This document shows, piece after piece, positions 13,806-25,990 of a stretch of DNA of 64,000 nt; position 1 is the first letter of the stretch, and every line of letters starts with the position of its first letter. The notes under the pieces are model-generated. The model saw only the letters and a program-made list of their open reading frames with translations. It was not told the DNA's origin and searched no databases. The translations under genes and the position numbers were made by a program. Source of the DNA: Octopus sinensis (taxonomy: Eukaryota); assembly GCF_006345805.1 (NCBI RefSeq), contig NC_043006.1, positions 82,088,001 to 82,152,000 of the forward strand, in the 5' to 3' direction.

Positions 13806-14100
13806 GAGGCGCAATGGCCTAGTGGTTAGGGCAGCGGACTCGGGATCACAGGATCGAGGTTTTGATTCCCAGACCGGGCGTTGTGAGTGTTTATTGAGCG
13901 AAAACACCCAAAAGTTCCACGAGGCTCTAGCAGGGGGTGGTGATCCCTGCTGTACTCTTTCACCACTCTTTCTCCCACTCTTTCTTCTGTTGGCCTGCTT
14001 GTTTAGCCAGCGGGGTAGCGTCATTCAAAGGCTAAAACAATGCGAACGCATTGTGACCAGCGATGTGTAACAACATCTGATGGTCTGGTCGGTCACGTGA
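13803..14100 (+). mobile_element. SINE family C (tRNA-like head, tail type 1)
   Basis: GGCGCAATGGCCTAGTGGTTAGGGCAGCGGACTC..GGTTTTGATTCCCAGACC (A and B boxes); inserted between (TG)n and (TA)n. Confidence 0.85.
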
Positions 14101-14398
14101 TATATATATATATATACATAAACATATATATATACATATTCATACATACATATATATACATATATATATATACATATATATATACATATTCATACATACA
14201 TATTCATATATACATATATATACATACATATTCATATATACATATTCATATATACATATTCATACATATATATATATATACATATTCATACATACATATT
14301 CATATATACATATATATACATACATATTCATACATACATATTCATATATACATATTCATACATACATATATATACATACATATTCATATATACATATT

Positions 14399-14450
<52 letters not shown>

Positions 14451-14464
14451 ATATATATATACAT

Positions 14465-14504
<40 letters not shown>

Positions 14505-14540
14505 CATACATACATGTATATATATATATTTATATGTAAA
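14100..14540. repeat. Complex (AT)/(ATAC)/ATATACATATTC microsatellite-minisatellite
   Basis: Directly visible periodicity. Confidence 0.95.
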
Positions 14541-14671
14541 TGTTTAGTTAAATATATTCAATGAGAATATTATATACTGAATTTACATTGAGTGCACTAT
14601 TGTATCAAAGTATTAATACTATTAAAGTATTTATACATTTAATACATGCGATAATATATATTTTACATAAA

Positions 14672-14933
14672 ATATTGTTATTAATATCAGGAAATCAATA
14701 CTAGAAAATTCTTCAAAAAGATATACGTGTGTAGAATAATTAAAAATATAAACATATATAAAACTACATGTAAATATGTATAAGTATAAATATATAATAA
14801 TAATATATTATACTTATACATATTTACATGTAGTTTTATATATGTTTATATTTTTAATACAACAATTATTCTACACACGTATATCTTTTTGAAGAATTTT
14901 CTAGTAATGATTTCCTGATATTAATAACAATAT
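14672..14933. repeat. Near-perfect foldback, arms about 118 bp
   Basis: 14672-14789 is the reverse complement of 14808-14933 apart from one substitution and a short indel (about 6-8 nt). Confidence 0.9.
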
Positions 14934-14944
14934 ATCATATAAAA

Positions 14945-15237
14945 TATATTTATATGTATACATATATATCTATACATATAGATATACATATACATATGTA
15001 TATTTACATACATATATACCTATACACATAGATATACATATGTATATACACATACATATGTACCTATACACATAGATATACATATGGATATATACATACA
15101 TATATACCTATACACATAGATATACATATACATATGTATATTTACATACATATATACCTATACACATAGATATACATATGTATATACACATACATATATA
15201 CCTATACACATAGATATACATATGGATACATATATAC

Positions 15238-15288
<51 letters not shown>

Positions 15289-15407
15289 CACATATGTATA
15301 TATAAATATATATATACACACACATGCATATATATATATATATACATATATATAAATACACACACACACACACATGCATATATATATATATATACATATA
15401 TATAAAT

Positions 15408-15438
<31 letters not shown>

Positions 15439-15477
15439 CATACATACATACATACATACATACATACATACATACAT

Positions 15478-15508
<31 letters not shown>

Positions 15509-15530
15509 CACACACATATATATAAATGAA
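14945..15530. repeat. Minisatellite (ATATACCTATACACATAGATATAC units) grading into (CA)/(TA)/(TACA)n
   Basis: Directly visible tandem units of about 40-50 bp. Confidence 0.9.
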
Positions 15531-15626
15531 TATTTTTAAAATCTTAGGGAATAATAAGTATTCTAGGTTATCAGGACATTTACTATTTTACACTTTAATA
15601 ATGCAAAGTAAACAGTATCATTTATA

Positions 15627-16245
15627 ATATTATTAAAAATTTGGTATTTTACCAATAGAACCACAACTCTTATTTCAGGATAACCTTATTGTATGGAATA
15701 CACATAGAAAGTTATATCCAATAAAAAAAAATATAAGCATTTAAAAAACCTACTATAAAATACAATAAAATATATATAATTTACCTGTTTTTTGTCTGTG
15801 GTGAAAGATGATATTTTTAATCAATGCTATACATGTTTCTGCACTGATGGGGTGCTTATCAAGGCTATACCTAATACATAGGTCCACCTGTGCACTCATA
15901 TTCTTCTTTTTCTATTTAATATAACTTGTAATATGTATTTTTAATTTTGGTCTGTTAATAATAATAACAATAAGATAAATAGCCTGAGGACGCACTGGTG
16001 GATTTATGTATTAAGTAAAGCCTTGATAAACACCCCACTAGAACAGAAACACATGTAGCATTGATAAAAAATATCTTTTGCCACAGACAAATAACAGGTA
16101 AGTTATATATAATTTTTCAAATTATTTTTTTAAATGCTTATATTATTTTATTGGATATAACTTTCAATGTGTATTCTGTAAAATGAGGTTATCCTGAAAT
16201 AGGAGTTGCCGTTCTATTGGTAAAATCCCAAATTTGTAATAATAT
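15627..16245. mobile_element. Large foldback or MITE-like element, arms about 260-270 bp
   Basis: 15627-15898 pairs with about 15986-16245 (e.g. GGGGTGCTTATCAAGGCT / AGCCTTGATAAACACCCC; TATTTCAGGATAACCT / AGGTTATCCTGAAATA); visibly diverged; AT-rich flanks with (TA)n on the right. Confidence 0.8.
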
Positions 16246-16308
16246 ACACATATATATATATATATATATATACATATATATACACACATATGCAATATAC
16301 ATACATAC

Positions 16309-16343
<35 letters not shown>

Positions 16344-16374
16344 CATGCACACATGTATATAGACATATATATTT

Positions 16375-16420
<46 letters not shown>

Positions 16421-16438
16421 CAATTATTCAGTAGCCAT

Positions 16439-16499
16439 GATAAAACTCCAAGTTTTGGATGCCGAAGTGGAAATCCACGCTGCCATCTCTTCAGTAATC
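16439..16499 (-). ncRNA. Decayed minimal hammerhead ribozyme motif
   Basis: Minus strand GATTA-CTGAAGA-GATG..CATC-C-AAA-ACT TGG AGT-T-TTATC; G12 replaced by A; helix I 4/5 paired. Confidence 0.4.
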
Positions 16500-17198
16500 T
16501 GGCCATCAGAAATATACTATGAAATATATATACATATTTTGTATTATATATATATATATATATACATATATATTGTATTATATATATCAGTATTCTAATA
16601 ATTATATACATTATTATAGCAAGAGATTAGCTATAAGCCTCTCCAAACACTAGAAAAATATATGCCTAAAGACACTATTACCACCTTAAATACTCTAGGC
16701 GTCTATTTTTCTTGCACATGGAGAGGTTTACAGCCAATCCCTTGTTATAATTATGTATACAATTATTAAAATATTTGTAAAATTTATCCATAAGTTTCTT
16801 ATTTCCCCACTGAACTCTTGGTAAAATCGTTAATTATTTTTACCCTTTATTATAATTAGACAGACAGACAGATACGTACATACATTCATACACACATACA
16901 TACATACATACATAGAGAGAGAGAGAGAGAGAGAATGTGCTACTTTTACCAACCAAATTCACTCACAAAGCAGTGGTCAGCCCAGAACTATAGTTGCCCA
17001 ACATGATACATGATACTTGCCCAAGGTGCTGTGCAGTCAGATTGAACTTGTATCCACATGATTGTAAAGCTAGTTCTTAACCACACAGCCATATCTGCAC
17101 ATGCATATTCAGAATTGGAGCAGTCCCTAATCACTATTCTTTATGTAATGTTCATGGTGTCAGTAGAATGTGAAATTGTAAAGTGATTGTACACTCCA

Positions 17199-17426
17199 AC
17201 CGTTTTAATACCAACTCACCTGAGATTGCATTTCTTTCTGTGATAGAAACATCCAATTTAATGTTATATAAATTATAATCATCTTCCATCAAAATTTTGC
17301 ATTAATTTATGTTTCAAACACCAGCTTAATGATTATTACAAAGTTATTTCACTTAATGGCTCATTATTTTCAGAATTAATTGACACAGATGCAATGCATT
17401 TCAACAGGTAAATGGTAATGAAAGGG
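17199..17426 (+). mobile_element. piggyBac-type MITE (older family member)
   Basis: Ends GTAATGAAAGGG|TTAA; body similar to 34567-34779. Related relics at about 25662-25925 and 26426-26638. Confidence 0.65.
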
Positions 17427-17780
17427 TTAAATATCTCAATAAGGTCAGTACAAATGATAATTGTGAATCTGAATTTTTTTCAGAATTTGATGACAAAGCA
17501 CATAAATGCTATTATTTAAAATAGCATTTAAATATTGGATTGAAAAACCCATTAGGATAGAAGAGATTGAAAGCAACCCATGTGACATGAACCGACATCC
17601 CCTGTAAATCAGCAGACATATTAATATCTGTTTTCAACATATAATTCCACATCAGGAATCTTGCAAAGCAAATACATAAATTTGTTTCTGCCTCTCTTTA
17701 TTTCTCTGTCACACTCTAACTTTTCATCATCTAACACAAGATCTCCTCCACCATATATATAGATATATATTGTATTATAC

Positions 17781-17833
<53 letters not shown>

Positions 17834-18399
17834 TATTATAATAATTATATACATTATTATAGCAAGAGATTACATCCCCATATTATACATTATTATAGCA
17901 TTATTATAGCATGTGTTTACATCCCCATATCTTAGCAGTTCAGCAAAAGTAACTGATAAAATAAATACCAGGTTTAAAAATTAATAAGTACTGGGGTCAA
18001 TTTGTTCAACAAAATTTCTTTCAGGAGATGCCCCAGCATGGCTACAGTCTAAATACTGAAACAAGTAAGATATGATGTCCAATCAGAATTATACTGTAGC
18101 AGTCTTTGAATACATTCTTCATTTCAGTTATTTATCAAACCTCTTAATTATTCTTCCTATTTCTTGTAGAAGAGAACAAAATAGACTACCAAGAGGCTGA
18201 ATACACCAGTCATTGTAAAAAAATACAATTTGGTTATTCTTGAAAATATAGCAACGATATAGTAACATTGAAAGAACATCCAATGACAGGTTGTTGCAAG
18301 CAAAGAATTATAATGTTTAATTCTACATTTAATTGATAATGAGTTAAATTTTGCTATAATGGGGTTGTGTATGTTTGCTTGTTTGTTGAGTGAAGTGGT

Positions 18400-18747
18400 C
18401 TTCATCCTGTAGTGGGAGAAGTCCGAAACGTGATCCTTTGCTTTTCATAAGACCTGCAGAAGAGAAAGCAGGTCAACCCCCGACACCGAGAGCATCAACG
18501 GATGGATGAATGCGCATCCAGGCTCAGCGGTTGCGTAGGAAGTCGGGGACAAGAAACAGGAAGAAAGAGTGAGAGAAAGCTGGAGTGAAAGAGTACAACA
18601 GGGGTCGCCACCACCCCCTGCCAGAGCCTCGTAGAGCTTTAGGTGTTTTCGCTCAATAAACACACACAACGCCCGGTCTGGGAATCGAAACCGTGATCCT
18701 CCGACCGCGAGTTCGCTGCCCTAACCACTGGGCCATTGCGCCTCCAC
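18400..18747 (-). mobile_element. SINE family C, tail type 2
   Basis: Same head and core as 13803-14100, unrelated 3' tail (..GCAACCGCTGAGCCTGGATGCGCATTC..). Confidence 0.85.
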
Positions 18748-19674
18748 TGTTGTTGCTGTTGTTGTTCTTGTTCTTGTTCTTGGTGGTGGTGGTCACAAAT
18801 AATGGTGACAACACATCCTGGTAAAAGATAATACTTATTACACTGCTACAGCAAGCAAGGAAAAATTTTTAACAATTTTTGTTAATAACTAATTAGTAGC
18901 TTAGGCACTAGACCACAAATGTTCTAAAGGAGACGGTTACTATTGATTAAATCGATCACCAATATTTATCTGGTACTTTATTTTATTAACCCCTGAGGAA
19001 TGTAAGGCAAAGCCTATTCCAACAAAATTTGAACTCAGACCATAAAATGTTATAATTATACACCACAAAGCATTTCATCTGAAGTTTTACCAATTCTGTC
19101 CATCGACCACTCTTCTTTCTTTAATAACTGACTGACATCAAAGCCTGGCTTGTCTTCTGTCACAACTCTCTTGTAACTTCAAGTACATAAGCTAATAATC
19201 AATTGATGGCTGAGACATTTTGAAGTCTATCAGAGAGACAAAGTTGAGAAGGTATTTGTGGAGATCCATGCACTAGGGTTTGGTAGAAGATAGTAACCTA
19301 GGGTGCTACACTGTGGGACTGAACCCTAAACCATATGGTTGGAAAACAGGCTTCTTAACCATATGGCTATGCTTGCACTTATGTGTGTGTGTGTGTGTGT
19401 ATGTGTGTGTGTCTGCATGCATTTATGTGTGTGTGTGCAAATGTGCATGTGAGTATGTGTTTGTGTGTGCATGCACATCCACACAGAGGCATATGCACAT
19501 TTGTGCATTTGTTTCTCCCCACTTCACAACTCATGTTGGTGCATTTATGTTCACATAACTTAACAGTTCAGTAGAAAGAGACCAATAGGGTAAGTACTAA
19601 ATCAAACCAACCCCAGTACTTAAAATAAAAGTACCAGGGTTGATATGATCAACTAAACCTTTCAAAGTAATATA

Positions 19675-19873
19675 CCTATTTCTTTACTACCCACAAAGGG
19701 CTAAACACAGAGGGGACAAACAAGGACAGACAAACGGATTAAGTCAATTACATCGACCCCAGTGCATAACTGGTACTTAATTTATCGACCCTGAAAGGAT
19801 GAACGGCAAAGTCGACCTCGGCAGCATTTGAACTCAGAATGTAACAGCAGACTAACATTTCTGCCAGCTCACC
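19675..19873 (-). mobile_element. SINE family A, internally deleted
   Basis: A tail and core present; part of the head missing. Confidence 0.8.
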
Positions 19874-20999
19874 ATGCATGATTACATACCAGTGACTGAA
19901 ATGAATATAAAACTATAGGAGTATCGTAATTTGCCCACTTATTTTCAATCCTCACAGTACACATGTCATCTCTTCTGAAACATTGTCCTAGATCCTCCCT
20001 ACCAAACAAAAAAAAAGGAGGGGCACAAATAGATATAGAGTTGCTCACCAGCACACTCTAACATCTGTCCCACAGTTGTGTAGATTCCACACTATGCTTC
20101 TATTCCCTCTACAACAATGGCCTTTGCTACTTGGAACTCCGAGGCTGGTCTCATGCCACTGGCTCTCAGGTCTACATGATTCACTCATCTCCCTCCCTTC
20201 TATGTCTATCTCCATTCAAGTCCTGCACTCAGCACCGACCACTAAGCCCAATCCTTCTTCCCCAAGAATCTCAGTCCTCTGCTCATGTGTTTTTCCTGCA
20301 GTCATCAGCTTACACTAGTTCAAGAGTATCGACCTCCATCAATTCCACTAGTCTCGGAGGGCTTGTAATGGTACAGATACAGCCTTATTCTATGAAAACA
20401 AATCATAAAAAAATATAAAAAATTAAAACATAGTCTTCCACATCTAACTACACTCACCACCACAAATTTTGTAGCTTTATGCTTAAGTCAGTAATCAATA
20501 GTGGTGGTGGTGGTGGTGGTGGTGGTAGTAGATGGAAGAAAATATTTGCCTTTCTTGCCCTATTTTAATTTATCTCAAGAAGAAAGAAAGAACACACACA
20601 AAAAGAAATCAACAGGAAAGGGGTAAAAAAAGTATTATAACAATAAAAAACAATGAAAACAAAATGAAGAGAAATGAAAGTCATTGGTAGGTTTCTTAGC
20701 CAACAGGAACAGAAATAATGAAACAAAAAAAAATATTAGAAAAAAAAAGAAAAAGAAATATTGGTTGCCAATCAAATGGATTATATTGGAAACAGATCAG
20801 AGAAAGAAACAACAAAATAAAAGAAATAAAAACGAATCTAAAAAAAAAAACAAATAAAAAAAAGAGTAACACAAAAAATGGAATGCCCAGAATATAAATA
20901 GTTGGAGAGTAAAAAGGGGGGTGATTGCAAAGAAATTTGTAGAAACTACTAAACACTCTTTCTCTCTAAGCTTTTATTTTTAACCTAATATTCCAAATA

Positions 21000-21015
21000 C
21001 TACTACTACTACTAC

Positions 21016-21048
<33 letters not shown>

Positions 21049-21120
21049 TAATAATAATAATAATAATAATATAATAATAATAATAATGATAATAATAATG
21101 ATAATGATAATAATAATGAT
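21000..21120. repeat. (ACT)/(AAT)/(GAT) trinucleotide microsatellite
   Basis: Directly visible. Confidence 0.95.
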
Positions 21121-21285
21121 AGAGGGTCAAGAAAAAGGGGATTTAGTTAATACCACAGGATGGTTTTCTAAAAGTAGCCAAAATGATGACTTGATTTTCT
21201 ATTTAATGCCAAACAAAGTTCTTAAGAAGCTGGAGAAGGAAAATGCATTGTTTCTTTTATTTTCTGATATGACAATCATTATAAC

Positions 21286-21354
<69 letters not shown>

Positions 21355-21449
21355 GGGAAGCTTTATGAAAATAAACAAAAGACGAAGGCAGGTGGAATAC
21401 AAACAAACAATTGTATTAGTATGGTGCTCAGGAATATAAATAAAACAAG

Positions 21450-21487
21450 TCTTTTACGTTTCGAGCCTACGCTCTTCAACAGAAAGA
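21450..21487 (-). ncRNA. Minimal type I hammerhead ribozyme (A6U core variant) at the PLE terminus
   Basis: TCTTT-CTGTTGA-A-GAGC-GTAG-GCTC-GAA-ACGT-A-AAAGA: 5-bp helix I, 4-bp helix II, loopless palindromic helix III, GUA cleavage triplet. Confidence 0.8.
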
Positions 21488-21562
21488 TACACAGAAAAGA
21501 AACATGGAAAGAAACAAGGGGAGAAAAAAAATGCGTGCAGAAGCTAGCGAATCAACATGGTG

Positions 21563-21603
<41 letters not shown>

Positions 21604-21614
21604 TACATACATGC

Positions 21615-21657
<43 letters not shown>

Positions 21658-21834
21658 CACACATACATACATATATACACACACACACATACATATATAC
21701 ATACATATATATACACACACATACATACATACATATATATACACACACATACATATACACACACACACATACATATACACACATACATACATATACACAC
21801 ACACATACATAGATATATATATACATATATATAC

Positions 21835-21889
<55 letters not shown>

Positions 21890-22704
21890 ATAAAAAGGAG
21901 ATGTCGAACATGAGTGGTGATATATAAAAAAGGAAATGAAGAAAATGCTGACAAATAATTGAAGTAATTTAAGTAATTTAATTAGGTGAAAGTTCTGTTT
22001 ACCGGTTGCGCATTTGTTATGCTTATCAAAATATAAAAGAGAGATTAGAGTCTGTCTCTTATATGTGAAAAAAAGAGGCTCCAGAGTTGTTTTGGATTTG
22101 CTTGGTTTCGCGCCTAAAATTTTGATTGGTCATTATGAAGGGGTCACGTGAATGTTTGAATGGAAGTTGGTGTTGGGGTAAGAAAAAAGGCTCCAGAGAA
22201 GTTAAAATTTGGCTAGTGTTTAGAATTTTCGAAAATAGTGTTGTTGAAAATTCTTATTGTTCAGGCTGGTCAGTAGACGTCATGTGGATATTTTAAATAG
22301 CTTTTTAGCGCGTAGTTAGGGAGTGTATTTTCCGCTTGACTGGATAAGTAAGTTCGTTTAGAACAGGGAGAGCTGTATGTATGTATGTGTGTGTGCGCGC
22401 GCGCGCGCGCGTGTGTGTTTATATGTATGTTGGGGCGCGCGCGCGTGTATATATGTGTGTGTGTGTGGGTACAATTTTCAATATTTATAGTTCTGCTGGC
22501 CTTGTGCCTGTATCGGGAAGCAACGTATTTGTGTGAAGTCAATATTTACAGCCATTTCCAAAAAATAGTGTTGGATGTTTTGCACCCGTATTCAATTATG
22601 TGTATGTGTGGAACCATATATTTGTGTGTGTCATGGTGTTAATATCTGGGTAAAGGTGTGTGTAGGGTGTGTGCAGGTGTAAGTGTGTTTGTTGTGGGTT
22701 TGTG

Positions 22705-23091
22705 TTAGGGGCATGTGTTTAGAAGTGGTCTGTATTTATTAATAAGGTGGGATTCCATGGTTATTCGCTGGGTATGAGTGGCATTGTCTTTAAATTTGTA
22801 GAGGGGAAAGATTCTAAAATTGGGATGGAGTTGTGCGGCACAGGTATCAATATGTGCACTAAATGCTATTTTTCTATATTCCTGTATTTTTATTTGGGAT
22901 CTGTGGACAGTCATGCGTTGGCGGAGGCTATTTTTTGTTTGGCCTATGTAGTGTTCATTACAGCCCGAGCAAGTTAAGACATATACTAGGTTTTCTGATG
23001 CGCATGTGAAGTTGTGTTTTACTGTGAAACGTTGTCCTTGTTTAAAAAGGAATTCCGCACCTTCTATTAGGTTGATGCATATACCACAGTG
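22705..23091 (-). CDS. PLE GIY-YIG endonuclease domain (128 aa, no start codon; partial ORF)
   Basis: HCGICINLIEGAEFLFKQGQRFTVKHNFTCASENLVYVLTCSGCNEHYIGQTKNSLRQRMTVHRSQIK...FRIFPLYK...MESHLINKYRPLLN*: VY..CxxC..YIG, conserved R and E; no stop or frameshift. Confidence 0.85.
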   Translation of the reverse strand, partial: HCGICINLIEGAEFLFKQGQRFTVKHNFTCASENLVYVLTCSGCNEHYIGQTKNSLRQRMTVHRSQIKIQEYRKIAFSAHIDTCAAQLHPNFRIFPLYKFKDNATHTQRITMESHLINKYRPLLNTCP

Positions 23092-23880
23092 TCATTGGTG
23101 TAATTTCAATGCCAAATTTGGCACAATTCCTTCCAAGATCTTCCAGATGCATATTACTGAATACCTCTCCTGCCTTCTCTCCAGGGAGTAGAGTCTGAGC
23201 TGTTTCAGCCTTTCCCAGTAGCTGAGCTGTTGCGAAGAGATGATCTTCTTTGTGAATCTTCTCTGGATTGCTTCAAGGTCCACTGTTTATTTCACACGGG
23301 TGGGTGACCATAGCTGTGAGCAGTAATCCAGGCAGCTAAGGACGAATGTCTTCCAGAGGACCATCATGGTTTCCTTATCTCTGGTTCTGAATGTTCTCAG
23401 GCTCCATCCAGCCAGTCATCTGCACTTTGTTGCCATCCTGGTAATGTGCACTTGGAAAGTGGTACCATCACTCATGTCAATACCCAGGTCCCTCACTGAA
23501 ATTCCCTGTGGACCAGTGTATCCTGTAAGTTTCATATTCAGTTTTGGATGCCGGTAGTGCGTGGGTTGGAACTTTTCAGTATTAAACTGCATATCAATAT
23601 CTTCAGCCCATCTGTAAATTGAGTCCAACTCCTGCTGCAGATGTGCAACATCACTGGGGTTCTGTATTTTCTGCGAGACTTTCGTATCATCTGCGTAGCT
23701 TGCAAGAATGGCTATCAGGACACTTGAAGGCATATTTGAGAGGACCACTATAAAAAGCAGTGGTCCCAAGACACTGCCTTGTGAAACACTGCTCACTATT
23801 TGTGTTTTCATAGAGGTGGCTCCATTAGCCACTACTGCCTGACTTCTGTCTTTCAGAAAGTCATGTCTGTGAGGGAGCCA
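23092..23880 (-). mobile_element. CR1/L2-group LINE RT fragment, decayed
   Basis: FLKDRSQAVVANG..VSQGSVLGPLLF..YADDTK..LQQELDSIYRWAE..MQFN..RDLGI..LEAIQRRFTKKI..LSYWERLKQLRLYSLERR; frameshifts present. Confidence 0.9.
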
Positions 23881-23924
23881 TCCTTTTGTAAGAGGGATCC
23901 TATCTTGCAGTGCACTGAGGCTGA

Positions 23925-23925
23925 T

Positions 23926-23958
<33 letters not shown>

Positions 23959-24036
23959 CCACACACGTATATACATTTAACCATATGTATACATGCATAT
24001 ATGCACATTTTGATGTGCACATGCATTTGCTTATGC

Positions 24037-24117
<81 letters not shown>

Positions 24118-24170
24118 CCCACATATATATATATATATACATACATACATACATACATATATATATATAT

Positions 24171-24201
<31 letters not shown>

Positions 24202-24286
24202 CATACATACATATATATATATATATACATACATACATACATATATATACATACATACATACATACATACATATACCCACATATAT

Positions 24287-24334
<48 letters not shown>

Positions 24335-24400
24335 CATGCATGTGAATACATATACACACACACATAAACATATGCACATACATATATACATTCACTAATA
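23925..24400. repeat. (TA)/(TACA) compound microsatellite
   Basis: Directly visible. Confidence 0.95.
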
Positions 24401-25990
24401 CCTCACTTAATCTCGCATTTAACAATTTATTGCTTTAATAAATGTCTCTTAATATAAAAATTTTTAAAAATAAAACTTAAAGCTGAAAATTTAGTTGCAC
24501 TAAATAATGCTAAACATTCATAGTAACTGCTTTAAATGTTTAATCACCACAATGTGTCTCGATGATGTGTATGTGAGTGCTTATTCGGTCATTTATTAAG
24601 TTTACATGTTGTCGTTGCACACATATACTATATTCACATCTTCCACTACTCTTCTATCTTACAACTTCTGAATTAATTCACCATTCCAATTAGGCTTGTT
24701 AACTTAGCTAATTTCTAGCTAGATCTAACATATTTTAGTATAACAGAGCTAATAAAAATAACCACCTAGACAGCAGCTGTATATTTAGTTAATTTTAAAA
24801 TAATGTAGTGTATTCAAGCCATTCCATTAGTAGTGATTTTATTGTTTTAATTAGATGATCTAATTATGCCCCATAGCAAAATGATTGATAACTGTAAAGA
24901 CTAATCACTTTTGGCAATTTTAGAACAGCTACAGAAGTTGTTACAGTCAATTTAGCACTGAGGCTGATTGGTTGGTTACAACCTATAATAATAATAACCC
25001 AGAACCAGGCCTTAATGGTCACTTCAGTCATGTTTCTCTTACTATAAGAGAAAACAAACCAACTTTCAGTTCATAGTTTTAAAACTATAATTTATTGATA
25101 TGCAAAGTAATAAGGTGATCTCAAAAAGTTTGAGTAAACTCATCATCATCATCGTTTAATATCCGCTTTCCATGCTAGCATGGGTTGGACAATTTGATTG
25201 AGGTCTGGTGGACCAGATGGCTGCACCAGACTCCAATCTGATCTGGCAGAGTTTCTACAGCTGGATGCCCTTCCTAATGCTAACCACTCTGAGAGTGTAG
25301 TGGGTGCTTTTATGTGCCACCGGCATGAGGGCCAATCAGGCAGTACTGGCAAAGGCCACACTCAAATGGTGCTTTTTATGTGCCACCTGCACAGGAGCCA
25401 GTCCAGCAGCACTGGCAATGACCTCACTTGAATGTTTTTTCACGTGCCATTAGCACAAGTGCTAGTAAGGCGACGCAGGTGATGATCATACTCAAATGGT
25501 GTTTTTTTCGTACCACTGGCATGTGCATATATGCATGTATATCAGCCTCAGTACACTGCAAGATACGACCTCTTTTCTAAAAGGATAGACCATCTTATTA
25601 AAATAATGTTATTTGGTTTTTAAAGTAATCTATGTTTTGATTTATTGTTATAATAATTCTTCAACCTTTTCGATATGAAACCTGTCTGTGACGGTCATTG
25701 GTTCTATAATACAAATCCTGTTTCCACCCTTGTTCCCACAATACAAACTTCTTGTTTTGAAGTGATTTTAATTAAAAATCTTCCCTTAAAACTTCTTGTT
25801 AATTTATGTTCCAAACATCAGCTTAATAACAAGGAATTTATTCAATCAAATTTTTTGTTATTTTCAAAATTTATTTAAACCAAAGATGTGCATTTCAATC
25901 GAAATTTAGTAACAAAGAGATTTAAAGATATACACTTCTCACAGTTATGTTTTTTTAACTGGTTGGATAATTTTTTCAGCTGCTTCTATC

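Larger units (their letters stand above)
21352..23091 (-). mobile_element. Penelope-like element (PLE), 5'-truncated: GIY-YIG endonuclease, long 3' region and terminal hammerhead
   Basis: Open GIY-YIG frame 23091-22705, CpG-rich 3' region with microsatellites, HHR at 21450-21487, ends in a (TA)n tract. Confidence 0.8.

Noticed and set aside
13805-13875. tRNA-like sequences at SINE heads (also 18680-18747, 52527-52600, 56248-56315)
   Set aside because: No complete cloverleaf or acceptor stem; each continues into a SINE body.
13349-16611. Many long ORFs ([12 protein letters not shown] peptides) here and at 21086-21954, 23853-24425, 39988-40467 and 49592-49933
   Set aside because: Stop-free translations of (TA)/(CA)/(TACA) microsatellites; not genes.
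18401-18436. HHR-like CTGTAGT-G-GGA-GAAG-TCC-GAA-ACGT-G
   Set aside because: Two core mismatches, G at position 17 and no clean helix I; it lies antisense in a SINE C tail.
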